A DNA stretch of 63,798 bases, counting the filler, from Nemertoderma westbladi (taxonomy: Eukaryota > Animalia > Xenacoelomorpha), in NCBI GenBank assembly GCA_032718475.1. It is 4 parts of 4 records of this genome, joined end to end, with 100 filler letters (N's around TTAATTAATTAA, not from the genome) between each part and the next. Parts side by side here need not be neighbours in the genome. Positions count along the whole stretch, not along the records: positions 38,789 to 58,967 come from JAUCBJ010001306.1; 3 more parts are not named here. One strand, 5' to 3'. The position numbers and the translations under genes are program-made. Of this stretch, positions 47,141-58,967 are shown piece after piece. Numbering within the stretch: position 1 is the stretch's first letter; each line of letters opens with the position of its first letter. Below the pieces are notes generated by a model. The model was not told where the DNA came from. It ran no database searches and saw only the letters and a program-made list of their open reading frames with translations.

Positions 47141-47457
47141 CCCTAAACGTAGCATAATAACGTAATAGTAATTCGCTCGTATAACAACATTATTAAATTA
47201 AAATAAAGAATGGTGTGAGTTGCTAATTGCGAGAAAAGGTCAGCCAACGCTAATATGTCGTCCTTAGATAAACTAATTATAGAACTTAATAGAACAACGT
47301 ACCGGTATTATATTGTATATTTTGTAACTTTATCTCACACCTGTAACTCGTTTCAATATTTTAATTTCCTCCCGTTTGTAAATATTCGCCTTAGGAACAG
47401 ACGTCAGATAAAGTCCTACTTTATACACATTATAATATATTGATCTATATTACTTAC

Positions 47458-47667
47458 TTCCCCACAACTTAGAATTTCATCGCGAGAGATTATTCCAGCA
47501 CTCCAGATGCGCGAACAATGACCGAATAATCGGCGAACTGGATTAATTTTAAGATCATGATCTCCAAGATCAGAAAACGACAGGTCCCACAGACCAACAC
47601 TGCGATCGTCTGAAGCTGACACCATCAAGTTGAGATCGGATTGGTACGCCATGCTAAATATAACTCC
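47458..47667 (-). CDS. WDR6: WDR6-like WD40 protein, internal exon
   Basis: TATAG acceptor, GTAAGT donor, 210 bp, phase 0; GVIFSMAY...SASDDRSVGLWD...LFGHCSRIW...SCGE. Confidence 0.8.
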
Positions 47668-48139
47668 CTATAACAATTAAAGGCGCTGGTTCAACCCCCG
47701 GTGATGCGCTTTCTCATTTTTTCAATTTCTGAACAAACCATAATATTACGCCTTTAATTACAGTTGCATTGACAGCTCAACTCCAATTCATTTATAACAA
47801 TTAATACCGGATGCTAAATAATGATATCACCCTTTATTTAAAAAGTCTAGTCTAGTCTAACCACGCAGCTGTCAACCTAATCTATGTTTGTATATCGCAA
47901 TATTTTACAGCCTTACCATCTACCTCCGGACTTTTTCTCCACTTTCTAGTTTTTCACTTTCGAATTGACAACATACCAAACCAATTAAAATACATTTAAA
48001 AATTATGAGAATCTTTATGGCTTATTAAACCGGGACCTGATATTATACCCGTTCACCCACCACCATGGGTGATCTCTTCCGCAGTAAACCTTTCCATTCA
48101 GTTTCCCCCACACCCCAAGTTAACTTGCTTCCCATATTT

Positions 48140-48278
48140 ATAGACATGTCAAGGATGAAAGCCAGGCTTGGGTAAGGCTGCATCATTTATAAAGCTGTGC
48201 CCAAACAGTGCTGCCCCATACAGGGATCGAACCAGGGCCTCCTGATTGGATGCAAAGGAATTTCATTACTACACGGTT
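48140..48278 (-). mobile_element. tRNA-derived SINE (intronic)
   Basis: Minus strand GTGTAGTAATG...GGTTCGATCCC...GGCTTTCATCCTT core. Confidence 0.55.
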
Positions 48279-48432
48279 GCCACTCTAATTCAGTTTCAAT
48301 CTTCGCGGACTTTTCCCTGACAATTTGAAAAACTTTCCCTGACTGCAGGTACACCACATTTTTATCGAATATAGAATATTGGCCGCTTGATTATATTCAA
48401 AATAAAGTTACGAGTTAAGGGACTCAACTTAC

Positions 48433-48669
48433 ATCGTGGCCGACTAAACGAGCGATCACAGAACCACCGAGGGCCGGTCTCCACGCGAGGATCTCTCCGA
48501 ATACGGTGCCACTGGCGACAACCAGACCGGGGTCCCATCGGAGGCCGTAGACCCCGGCCGAATAGAGAATACAACGCTGGGAACAAGGTGTCTCGCGCAG
48601 TACGTCGCCGCTAGAGGGATCCACTAGTATAACAGAGTTGCTGCTCGTTACCAAGACAACTAGTAGATC
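48433..48669 (-). CDS. WDR6: WDR6-like WD40 protein, internal exon
   Basis: TTTTTAG acceptor, GTAAGT donor, 237 bp, phase 0; RCILYSA...VVASGTVFGEILAW...LVGHD splices in frame to GVIFS. Confidence 0.8.
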
Positions 48670-49111
48670 CTAAAAACAAAGTTAATATTTGATCTAAAAT
48701 ATATAAAATAAATTACTTTTAGAGTAGTTGTACGACTATGTTCATTGTTATGATTCTTGTCACGGATTTTTAGGACTTTTTACCACCGCAAAAATGCGGT
48801 AAAAACTCGGCAAAAAAAAGTAAATATATACATAATATGTATGTAATGTATGTAATAATATATATGCCTTTATAAGAGGGAAACTCTCGAATTTTCACCG
48901 CAATAGTTACATTCTAGAAACCATATATTTAATAAAAGAGCTTGATGTACTTTACTGTATTATAGTAATAGTCGCCGACCTCATGCCGTACCTACTAACT
49001 AATACTAGCTAGAATTGACATGTATAATGAAAATATTGTAACTGTGATTAAAAAAAGTGAATAAAGGTAAGAAAACAAGTTTATCTACGAATAGTTATTA
49101 ATGTGTGAATA

Positions 49112-49300
49112 ATGGAGAAAGTAGTTGTGGAAGATAAAGATAAACCCCACGAGAGTGATCAGCCGCCTGCGGTTAAAAACCAAAACGACGAAAAGGATGG
49201 ACAAACAACAGAAGATCCAAATAGAATAGGGACATTCTTAAAGACAATATCAAAAGTAGCAAAACTAGAGATAGACCAGGACAAAGTAACAGACATTCAG
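49112..49300 (+). CDS. Ferlin, first visible coding exon
   Basis: ATG...TDIQ ending CAG|GTGATG; splices in phase 0 to 49554, giving DIQVKIKIFEARHL, a typical ferlin C2 start. Confidence 0.7.
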
Positions 49301-49553
49301 GTGATGTTACTTACTTACCGGTACCGGTTAGTTAGGCCTATCTACTGAGATAAATATTAGTTTCAGTTTCATTGTAAAGTAATCTAACAATATTATATCA
49401 ACACTTTTTCGAGATAAGAAAGTGGACACAAATAAGAAGGAAACATAGTTTGTTGTTTTGGGTAAAAACGACAGTGAAAAAATAAACCAAATTACTAATA
49501 CACAATAATAAAATATAGAAATAGTACTTAATAATTTTAAATAAATATTTCAG

Positions 49554-52500
49554 GTCAAAATAAAAATCTTTGAAGCTCGACACCTTCCGAGCGGCGACAC
49601 GGATCCGGTAGTGCGAATGAAGGTCGGGTCGACGATAAAGAAATCCTCTATACGATGGGACACGAGCAAACCGATATGGAACGAGTCGTATTTCTTCAAC
49701 CTGCGAGGACCGCCGCGGGAACTGTTCCAGGAGACCATCGAGATCGAGTTGTACAACGCGCGCAAACTCCGAGCGGACGCGTTCATCGGGGCCTATCAGT
49801 TGGACCTCGGGACGGTGTACGAGTCGGCGAGACACGCGGTCCTCCGCCGGTGGTTGCTGCTGAGCGACCCAGGGGACCCGATGGGAGGCCGACAGAGCTA
49901 CATAAAGGTGAGCTGCGTGGTCCTAGCGCCGGGGGATAGATCGCCAACGGACGCGGAAGCGAAAGGTTACGAAGACGACATAGAAGAAAACCTGTTGAGT
50001 TTACCTGGAACTCAACTGCAGCCCGCGACCTTCTGGTTGCGAGTTTATAAAGGGGAAGATCTTCCACAGATGGAGTCGCAACCGTTGAATGTAATGAAAA
50101 AGGCAGTGGGAGTTTATCCGAGGGAATCCTCGGATTTAATCGACGGGTTTGTGAGTTTCCAGTTCGCAGGGAAAGAGGTGACTACGAGACGGATAAAAGG
50201 GACTTACAATCCGGTGTGGAACTCGGAACTGCGACTCGGGGTCCGCTTCCCATCGATGTGCGATCGCATTACCGTAAGGGTGTTCGATCACAACGCTGTA
50301 ACCAGGAACTCAGCAATAGCGACTGGACACATCTACATGTCCGAGATATCAGTGAAGGGAACACGGCATGGATTCGCGCCCACATACGGACCAGCTTTTC
50401 TCCCTTTGTACGGAAATATTCGGGATTTTTCTATATTTACCTACAAGTTGGATTCCTTGAATGAGGGAACAGGGACTGGTTGCTGTTACCGGGGCAGATT
50501 GTTTCTAGAATTCGGGTGTATCCTGGGAAAATTGCCCGCAAAAGACGCCCAAGTACAATATCTAGGGGGAACAAACCCGGATTTAGGTGCAGTTGAGATG
50601 TTCATGAAAAAGAAACAATTTTGCGCGTACATCACGCTCCTAGAAGCGTCCATGTTCCAAAAACATGACGACATAGTAGAATTTGAAGCCTCTATAGGTA
50701 ACCACGGTAACCGAGATGAACCTAGATACACACTGCAATCATCACTTAGCAACCCGATGCAACCAGTGTACGACGGCACCAAATATTATTACATTCCTTG
50801 GGGGGCAGATAAACCGACGCTTAGGATATATTGTGATATGGAGGACATCACATTTCGTCTGCAGGCCCTCAATCTTATTATATACATCGTAGACGCCTTC
50901 GATAAGCGAATGTCGTCAATAAAAGATGCGATAAGAAATGGCGAACCTGACGAATTAATCTCGTCGGAATTAACGAAACTATCGGAAGAACTCAACATCG
51001 ACTGCACACTCGCACTTCCTGAGTTGAATGCAAAATTACACTCAGTTACTCAACTCGACCTCCAGCTAAGCAAACACAGGATCTATGCAAAGAACGAAAC
51101 CGGTAGGCGAGCCTCCAAGTTGTGCGACACTCCCAAGGATATTCTCACAATGATCTCCGAGTTGGAGGCGATGGCAAATGAGTTGCGCCATCTGGCGTCC
51201 GAGCCGCAGAACAGTGTGCCAGACCTGATTATTTGGATGATATACGGCGGGGTTCGTACGGCTTACTACCGCGTCCCCGTTTACGACATCCTGTTTACTA
51301 ACGGCTCCTACGATGGAATCCATTGTGGAAAGAGTCAAACAGTCTTCCTAAATAATAGATGCTTGCCGGGGAAGTCGACCGACGACATTCCTTGCATGTT
51401 GCGATTTACAGGATGGTTTGGTCCTCAGCAGCTCGAAGCTGAGTGGATTAAGGGTATGGAAGGATTTACGATCGCCATGTATGCCGAGGTGTTTGAGTAT
51501 CGAACGCCATTAGGGCGTAAATTATATGATGCATCGGGGATGGTTAGGTGCGAAAAACCATTGTTTAAGCTCCCCATCGGTTGGGAGTGGAACGATGATG
51601 ATTGGGTGCCGGGCCCAGCGCCCAGTAGCAACACCCTCCATCAAAGAGCGGAATACGAAGTCTGTGAGGCGTACGAGTATCAGGAACGGCCCGCTAAATC
51701 TCAGAGATGGACAGATAAATGGGACACCGAGAACACCGTTTGGATCGACAAGGATAATGCTATAGAGGGGCCAAAGGATGATAAGGTGTGCCCTCCTGGT
51801 CGGGTATGGATGGGGGATTGGGAATCCGAGATAGCGGATGGTGTGGACTCAGAGGGGTGGGAATATTGTATAGACCCAAGTATAGGAGGGTGGACTGGCA
51901 CAGTTCAATCTTACCATATTAGTCGCCGAAAACGCTGGGTTAGAAAACACATGCAAGACACACCCTTACCTGAGCCTGAAGTAGAGCATACAGAAGGCTG
52001 GGAATATGCAAAACCATGGGGTAATCGCTACAAACACGATGCACAATCCATGCTAGATTTCATATCCCGTCGCCACTGGAAACGAAAAATATCTAAAAAT
52101 GAAACTAAAGGTGTTAAGGGTGTTAATCTATTTATATTTGACATGTCTGGAGTTTTTGATCCCGAACAAAGTAATAGGGTGAATAGGTCGAATAGGAAGC
52201 AGGTGGCTCCCAACATTTATGTCGAGTACAATACAGCTAATTCGTATCAACTCAGAAGTTATATCTACATGGCAAGATCACTTCTAGCAGCGGATTCAGA
52301 TAGCTTCTCCGATCCCTATGTGCAGATCATGTTCATGAACAGATCAGTACGCAGTCAAATAATTCGAAAAACCGTCTGTCCAATATGGGACCAGTGCTTG
52401 ATTATATCAGACATTGTTTTACATGACAGTATAACAAATCTTATTAGGAATCCACCATCGCTCGTCCTAGAGATATATGACCACGATGATTATGGCAAAG

Positions 52501-54977
52501 ATGACTTCCTAGGGAGAGCCTGTATTATACCAATAATTCGCATAAAGGCAGATGGATATGCAGCACCTGTTCTAGAATGGTTCACACTGAACAAGATAAC
52601 TGGTAACTGCCGTGGCGATGTTTTGGCCTGTTTCGAGTTGTTTCTGATGACGGGGGATCTCCCATTTTTGCCTCCTGAAAAAGGGATTGATATAAGTGGG
52701 AGTGATGGAATTGCAAAATCTCTCTATTCCATACCTAGAGGTATTAAACCTATAACTACCAGCATGTGTTTGATGATCTTGTGCTGGGGTTTAAGGAACC
52801 TATCTTCTTACCAAGGACTGTCTGTAACCCAACCAACAGTAGAATTTGTTTGTGCTGGGAAGATTGTGAAATCAGAAATGCTCAACAATGTAGCAAGAAA
52901 TCCTAACTTTCACAACCCTGTCTTAACAATGGAAGTAGACTTACCTGTACGCCATGTATATCTACCACCGATTCACATTAAAGTTAGAGATAACAGATCC
53001 TTTGGAAGGAAACCTATAGTGGGTGTCTACACAATAAATTCTTTAGCTGAATACAAGGAAAATGTAAACAAAACACAAAAGAAGACAATTGAAGATGAAC
53101 CTTTCAAAAAACTGTCTGATCCAAAACCTGTAAAGTCTAAGCAAGCCGATGTGAATGAAGATTTCGATTGGTGGAGTAAATACTACGCATCGATAGGAGA
53201 TGCCTCAAAGGCATCTTTGTATGTTGAAAAGGGTTATGAACTTCTGAAAGTATATGATAAGGAACTTGAATTAAGTGAAAATTACGAACGTTTTCAAGAC
53301 TTTGTAAAAACCTTTGATTTGGTGAGAGGCAGAACTGATGATAAAGTTGAAACAGTTGGCCAACTGAAGGCCTCCTTTGCATTGTACAATAACATCAATG
53401 AGATAAAGCCTAGACACCATTGGCCAGGGGGAGCTAATGTCACCATACGAATCTACATACTGAGAGGTTTGGATCTGACCCCGATGGATGGTAGTGGCAC
53501 GTCGGATCCTTACATAAAGATTAGCCTCGGTACTAAAGTCATCGATGATGTCAACAACTACATCCCCAACAGCATCAACCCGATATTCGGAAAAAGCTAC
53601 GAAATTCAGCAACAAATGCCATTGTTTAAAGATTTAAAAATAACCGTGATGGACCACGATTTCGTGAGTGGCGACGATGTCATTGGTGAGACAGTGATCG
53701 ACATTGAGGACAGATATATCTCAAAATTCCGGGCTACTTGCGGAATAAATGCCCAGTATTACTTGGCCGGTGTCAACTGCTGGAGGGATTCACAGAAACC
53801 CAGCGACATTCTAGAATGGTACTGTCGTCATAACGACTTAGATAAACCAATGTTCGAAGGTAATAGACAGGTTCGCGTGGGTGGAAAGGTTTACTTGTTG
53901 GATAAACTCGAGTCCGGACCACCACACCCCGACTGGGGTCCCTCCCAGGAGCGTCTGGCTCTTCACGTACTACGTCAACTCCCATTGGTTCGCGAGCACG
54001 TGGAGCAAAGGACTCTGTACAACAGCGAGCTTCAACCGGGGATCTCGCAAGGGAAACTCGAGATGTGGGTGGACATATTCTCTATGAGTAGTGGTAGACC
54101 ACCACCCCCGGTCAACGTGAAAGCGCGAGAGGCGAAGCACTACGAGTTGCGAGTGGTGATATGGGACGCGAAAGACGTTGTATTGGAAGAGGAGGGGACA
54201 TTGACGGGACAGAAAATGAGTGACATTTATGTGAAAGGTTGGTTGGACGGTAGTGACGACATACAAGCAACAGATGTTCATTATCGTTCGTTGTCTGGCG
54301 AGGGAAACTTTAACTGGCGGTTTGTCTTTGATTTGCACTACATTGATCAGGAGCATATAATGGTAATTAAATCGAAGAGGCATTTTTGGAGTTGGGATGG
54401 GATAGAAGAGAAATTACCCCCGAGGTTTTTCGTGCAAATTTGGGACAACGACTTGATATCGCAGGATGACTATATCGGGCAAATTATATTCAATCTAGAT
54501 AAAATGTACGAACCAACGAAATCGTCTGGGAGCTGCTCATTGTCCGTGTTTAAGGACAAGAAGGGGAAGAGACGTGACAGTCTGATAAAGAGAAGAAGGA
54601 TGAGAGGTTGGTGGCCGACAACGGAAGAAAAGGGAAAGAAGTTGACTGGGAAGTTAGACATGGAGTTTGAGATTATTAGCAAAGAGGATGCAAAGCACAA
54701 GCCAGTAGGTCGGGGGAGATCTGATCCGAACATGTACCCGCATCTTGAGGTGCCGAATAGGCCAGGTAGCTCGTTCCTATGGTATAAGGCGCCATGGCGG
54801 GCACTCAAATACATAATTTGGCAGAATTATAAGTGGAAATTTCTAATAGCTTTAATATTCTTTATAGTACTGCACTTTTTCTATAGTTACCTATATTCAC
54901 TTCCAGTCTACGCTGCCAAGGCAACTGTCGAGGAATTAATTAGTGGGTCAAAAAGTAAACCAGAAAATGGAGTTTAA
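49554..54977 (+). CDS. Type-I (DysF-containing, dysferlin/myoferlin-like) ferlin, 5.4-kb exon
   Basis: TTTCAG acceptor; multiple C2 domains (SDPYVQI, SDPYIKI, SDIYVKGW, TDVHYRSLSGEGNFNWRF), FerI (DDIEENLL), DysF (GWEW, GWEY, RRKRW, RRHW), FDWWSKYYAS, C-terminal TM helix. Confidence 0.93.
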   Translation, partial: VKIKIFEARHLPSGDTDPVVRMKVGSTIKKSSIRWDTSKPIWNESYFFNLRGPPRELFQETIEIELYNARKLRADAFIGAYQLDLGTVYESARHAVLRRWLLLSDPGDPMGGRQSYIKVSCVVLAPGDRSPTDAEAKGYEDDIEENLLSLPGTQLQPATFWLRVYKGEDLPQMESQPLNVMKKAVGVYPRESSDLIDGFVSFQFAGKEVTTRRIKGTYNPVWNSELRLGVRFPSMCDRITVRVFDHNAVTRNSAIATGHIYMSEISVKGTRHGFAPTYGPAFLPLYGNIRDFSIFTYKLDSLNEGTGTGCCYRGRLFLEFGCILGKLPAKDAQVQYLGGTNPDLGAVEMFMKKKQFCAYITLLEASMFQKHDDIVEFEASIGNHGNRDEPRYTLQSSLSNPMQPVYDGTKYYYIPWGADKPTLRIYCDMEDITFRLQALNLIIYIVDAFDKRMSSIKDAIRNGEPDELISSELTKLSEELNIDCTLALPELNAKLHSVTQLDLQLSKHRIYAKNETGRRASKLCDTPKDILTMISELEAMANELRHLASEPQNSVPDLIIWMIYGGVRTAYYRVPVYDILFTNGSYDGIHCGKSQTVFLNNRCLPGKSTDDIPCMLRFTGWFGPQQLEAEWIKGMEGFTIAMYAEVFEYRTPLGRKLYDASGMVRCEKPLFKLPIGWEWNDDDWVPGPAPSSNTLHQRAEYEVCEAYEYQERPAKSQRWTDKWDTENTVWIDKDNAIEGPKDDKVCPPGRVWMGDWESEIADGVDSEGWEYCIDPSIGGWTGTVQSYHISRRKRWVRKHMQDTPLPEPEVEHTEGWEYAKPWGNRYKHDAQSMLDFISRRHWKRKISKNETKGVKGVNLFIFDMSGVFDPEQSNRVNRSNRKQVAPNIYVEYNTANSYQLRSYIYMARSLLAADSDSFSDPYVQIMFMNRSVRSQIIRKTVCPIWDQCLIISDIVLHDSITNLIRNPPSLVLEIYDHDDYGKDDFLGRACIIPIIRIKADGYAAPVLEWFTLNKITGNCRGDVLACFELFLMTGDLPFLPPEKGIDISGSDGIAKSLYSIPRGIKPITTSMCLMILCWGLRNLSSYQGLSVTQPTVEFVCAGKIVKSEMLNNVARNPNFHNPVLTMEVDLPVRHVYLPPIHIKVRDNRSFGRKPIVGVYTINSLAEYKENVNKTQKKTIEDEPFKKLSDPKPVKSKQADVNEDFDWWSKYYASIGDASKASLYVEKGYELLKVYDKELELSENYERFQDFVKTFDLVRGRTDDKVETVGQLKASFALYNNINEIKPRHHWPGGANVTIRIYILRGLDLTPMDGSGTSDPYIKISLGTKVIDDVNNYIPNSINPIFGKSYEIQQQMPLFKDLKITVMDHDFVSGDDVIGETVIDIEDRYISKFRATCGINAQYYLAGVNCWRDSQKPSDILEWYCRHNDLDKPMFEGNRQVRVGGKVYLLDKLESGPPHPDWGPSQERLALHVLRQLPLVREHVEQRTLYNSELQPGISQGKLEMWVDIFSMSSGRPPPPVNVKAREAKHYELRVVIWDAKDVVLEEEGTLTGQKMSDIYVKGWLDGSDDIQATDVHYRSLSGEGNFNWRFVFDLHYIDQEHIMVIKSKRHFWSWDGIEEKLPPRFFVQIWDNDLISQDDYIGQIIFNLDKMYEPTKSSGSCSLSVFKDKKGKRRDSLIKRRRMRGWWPTTEEKGKKLTGKLDMEFEIISKEDAKHKPVGRGRSDPNMYPHLEVPNRPGSSFLWYKAPWRALKYIIWQNYKWKFLIALIFFIVLHFFYSYLYSLPVYAAKATVEELISGSKSKPENGV

Positions 54978-56131
54978 TAAAGATATGATGTAGATCAAAG
55001 TAAATGTTAAGTTATAAATATAAATATATATAGGATAAGAAATTAATTATAATGTTATATACTTATTACAAAACATTGTATAGAGGTATTCATCGTTATT
55101 AATAATTTATTACAAATTGTTAATTATTAATTCATAATGCCATGGTAGAAATTAATTGATTTAATAAAGAATACAAAGTTATAAAATATCAAACATATGT
55201 CCCACAAATGGGAAGATGTAAAAATAGTATATAACTATAAATACATAAATAATAATTGTACGTTAAATAATGTTGACAAATTTAATTTACACAGCAAATT
55301 TATTGCACACTGAAAATAACAATTTTGTGCACTTAATTTTAATAGATGAAGTATTTTAATTCTGTATACAACCGAATATAATCACATTCCCCAAAAATAA
55401 TGTAAAATTTTGTTCACTTTCCACTAACAATATTTGCTACATTCATTATTGATTAGCTTACTCATTCATTATAGTAATTAGAGTTACAGTATGATTTACT
55501 TGGCCCGGATAACATGATCAAGAGTAACGATATGGAGTTTATTGTTTTAGTTAGAAAGCCCAACCCGTAACCGACATTTACCGTGAACAAAAATAATTTA
55601 ATGTAACAAAGTAAAAGGCAGACAAAGTAGTTTTTTAGTTGTTGTAATTTTGTAGAAAATTCGTTAAAAAAAGTCTTTTTTTAACAGATATTTTTTCTGA
55701 TAAAAAATTTATAACTAATTTTTTTAACTTATTTTTTTCAAATAAAGCAATATATTCGATATAAAAACGTAACGGAAAACACTATTTTCCACTCATTTTC
55801 TTTAGCAAAATTCAGATATTCTGCATTTGGCATGTTAACACTCGCTTCGCTCGTGCTAAAAACCTGCCAACTCTTGTAAAACTTAACCACTCGGACAGAA
55901 TAGTTGAATTTCGCTAAATTGAAAATGAGTGAAAAAAAGCGGTGCTTTCCGCTTACTTTTTTTTATCGAATAATATTCCTTTATTATATGGAATTGAATA
56001 AAATACGTAATCTTTTGTATTTATCTTACTACTGTTGCTCATTTATAAGTTTGTTTTTTAATTTTCTTCCTAATGATTTTTTCGATGTATTTTGTTTAAT
56101 ATCAGTATCTAATCTAACGCATTCCAGACAA

Positions 56132-56405
56132 CTACTACTACTACTACTAGGATCGGCATGCTGCATTGCAGCTGCATTTTTAAGAATGCTGTGCCGGCTT
56201 GTCAACAAAATTGCACCGCCACAACTCCCTATCACCCATGACATTTGCTAGATCATCCGCATCTTTAAGGCCAGTGTCCTTTAAGATGCGTCTCAAGAAA
56301 GTCATGGGCTGTCCACCATGCTTATTCACTCCATGAGGCTGCCAAAGTACAAGATTATGCACTGGCTGGTCCTCACGGCGAAAGCAATGTCCTGCAAAGC
56401 GGAGG
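56132..56405 (-). mobile_element. Short 5'-truncated RTE copy with 11-bp TSD
   Basis: Matches the 3' end of the 60410 RTE; (TAG)n tail; ATTCCAGACAA at 56121-56131 and 56406-56416. Confidence 0.92.
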
Positions 56406-56451
56406 ATTCCAGACAAAGGCACCGTTATACCATTACATGCCCCGGAATCAA

Positions 56452-56686
56452 GCAAGCAAACAGTCGGCCGAAGCCGGAGGCGACCCGAAGGCTTCGTAGC
56501 TCTTTCGATAGCTGTTACCCGAGGGTAGGGGTGGGCGCTACTCCTATTCCTAGTTTGCTCACAGTAATTTAACTGGTACTCATTTTATCAACCCCAGGAT
56601 GAAATGCTGAGTGGATCGTGGCAGGGCTCGAACCCACAATCAATACATTGTAGGACCGGCGCTCAAGTAACTGAGCTACCCCGCCT
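56452..56686 (-). mobile_element. Apparently complete tRNA-derived SINE
   Basis: Minus strand GGCGGGGTAGCTCAGT...GGTTCGAGCCC, core CAGCATTTCATCC...GATAAAATGAGTACCAG, GC-rich 3' hairpin and (GCTT)n tail. Confidence 0.75.
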
Positions 56687-56939
56687 TTAGGCCCCGAAAT
56701 ATAGTGTCGCAAATCAGAGATCCCCCCCCCCCCCCACCAAAAAAAATCTACAAATCTGAAGAAGTTTGCATGGAATTTGAAAGAGAGAGAGTTTCATCCC
56801 CCCCCCCCCCCCCCTCCTTAGTGGGTGAGCCAGAATTTTTATTTTTGCGTTCGTTCTTTAGCTACAAGCCTTTGCGGCCTCTCATGTGTCAGGAACCTCG
56901 GCAGACTCCCGCGCCACTCAATGTTAAATTATATTGTTC

Positions 56940-57286
56940 GCCCGGCGCTCGCGAGCTGTGGCGTATCCGCTGCGGCCAGCCACCTCGCCCAGACGGCTGC
57001 AAAGGACGCGGAAGCTCTAAAGATCCACAAGTACCAGGAACTCATGGACCGGGGCTACCTCTTCCACCCGGTAACCTACGAGACCATGGGCCACCCCGGT
57101 CCCGAAACATCCGAGTTCCTGAAGGAGATCGCGGCAAGACTCCACTCTGTTACCCAGGAACCCCGATCTCACAGCTTCCTCCTGCAGAGACTGGCTGTTG
57201 CCATCCTGGTCGGCAATGCGGCCTCCATTATTGGGACCGTGAACCCCTCACTCACTAACAAAGAGGGACTCTATGAGGTGGTCTAG
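56940..57286 (+). mobile_element. 5'-truncated CRE-clade non-LTR retrotransposon (RLE C-terminus)
   Basis: AEALKIHKY...FHPVTYETMGHPGPET...FLLQRLAVAILVGNAASII; protein-level relative of 13197-13425. Confidence 0.7.
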
Positions 57287-57889
57287 GTCTATGGTCCCTA
57301 TCCCTAGTACCCCCCACCACCACGTACTTTCTTGCGCCTTAAATGTATTGTTTTAGTTTTATTATGTTTGCATTTATTTACATTTGTAATATGTACTATT
57401 TTGTTTAAGCATAGCTTTAGGAGTTTAATTAGCATAATAATGTATAATAATTCATATTTACTTAAAATAAGTGTTTTACAAAAATTTATGTTATATTGCA
57501 TCAGTAGAAATTCAGTTATTCTTCAATCTTATACTAATATGTTGGTACAGTTAGAAAGCTGGCCATGCCTGGGCTGACCCAGTAAGGAAGTGGGAGGTGA
57601 ATTTATAAATTCCTGAATTTAAAGACCTTCACTCACTTCGTTATTCGTTATCCATTGGGCGTCAATTATCCAATGGGGGAGTCTGATGTGCAAGCGACTG
57701 GTATAGTCCGAGGTAACTAGGCAACCGGATAGAGAAATATGAAAAGAAGCCAAACAGCGACCTCCGTAGACCAACACGCGCGGGTCGCATAAATCCTCGT
57801 CGTAAACTCTTAAAACGTACGAAAAATAATGAGCAAATGAAGATGCTTAGTAAAAATAAATAGATACGGTAGTGTGCGGTGGTCAGGTC

Positions 57890-58095
57890 AGTCCGGTTTA
57901 GTGGTTGTATTGGATTCGCCTCTCTTCGAAGGTCGTGGGTTCGATCCCCCACGAGGCCAATGAAGTTTTCGTTTCGGCGCGAATGCTTTGAAGGGACTAG
58001 CCAGGGCGTAACCCTCCATGCCTTGCATCCTTAAATGGTAGCTAAATGAGTACTGTCGGAGTTTCCTCTGGGGAGTAAAGTTCCGGGGGGACCAA
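57890..58095 (+). mobile_element. tRNA-derived SINE
   Basis: A-box-like CGGTTTAGTGG, B-box GGTTCGATCCC, core CCTTGCATCCTTAAATGGTAGCTAAATGAGTAC. Confidence 0.75.
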
Positions 58096-58484
58096 TGTGT
58101 CCATATGTAACCAACCTGATACCGTGTATAACACGTCTGATATCTAAAACTTCTATTTCCAACGGAGAACAACACAATAAACGAGATTCCGATTCCAAGT
58201 GGTTTACTTCAAACGCCGAACCGCGACCTTTAAATAAAATCATAATAATTAGAAGAATAAGATGATCTCCATACTGTTGTTTAAAAATATAATTAAATTT
58301 TGTTTGGAAAAATACATTTCTTTTCAGGTAATTGGGTTGGCGATGGCGCTTTTGAGTATTTACAAATTTTGAGAAAAAACATACGTTGAAAGCTATCTAG
58401 GTATAACATAGATCGACTCACACTGCTGGGGTGCATGGCTACATAGGGTTATTCACACTGCACCATGTACGTACAGCGCACGGG

Positions 58485-58967
58485 CCGATCTGTGGCAGTG
58501 GCCAGGCCAGTAGAACCGATCTGTGGGAGTGGCCAGTAGAAGCAAAATGTGGCAGTGGCCAGGAGAACCGATCTGTGGCCAGGCCAGTAGAACCGATCTG
58601 TGGGATTGGCTAGTAGAACCGATCTGTGGCAGTGGCCAGTAGAAGCAATCTGTGGCAGTGGCCAGGAGAACTGATCTGTGGCCAGGCCAGTAGAACCGAT
58701 CTGTGGGATTGGCTAGTAGAACAGATCTGTGGCCAGGAGAACCTATCTGTGGCAGTGGCCAGTAGAACCGATCTGTGGGGTCAGTATAAGCAATCTGTGG
58801 CAGTGGCCAGGAGAACCGATCTGTGGCAGTGGTCAGTAGAAACGATCTGTGGCAGTGGCCAGGATAACCGATCAGTGGGCCCAGTAGAAGCAATCTGTGG
58901 CAGTGGCCAGGAGAACCGATCTGTGGCAGTGGCCAGTAGAAACGATCTGTGGCAGTGGCCAGTAGAC
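58485..58967. repeat. Variable minisatellite of about 30 bp (GATCTGTGGCAGTGGCCAG[TG]AGAACC)
   Basis: Tandem variants running into a gap. Confidence 0.93.
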
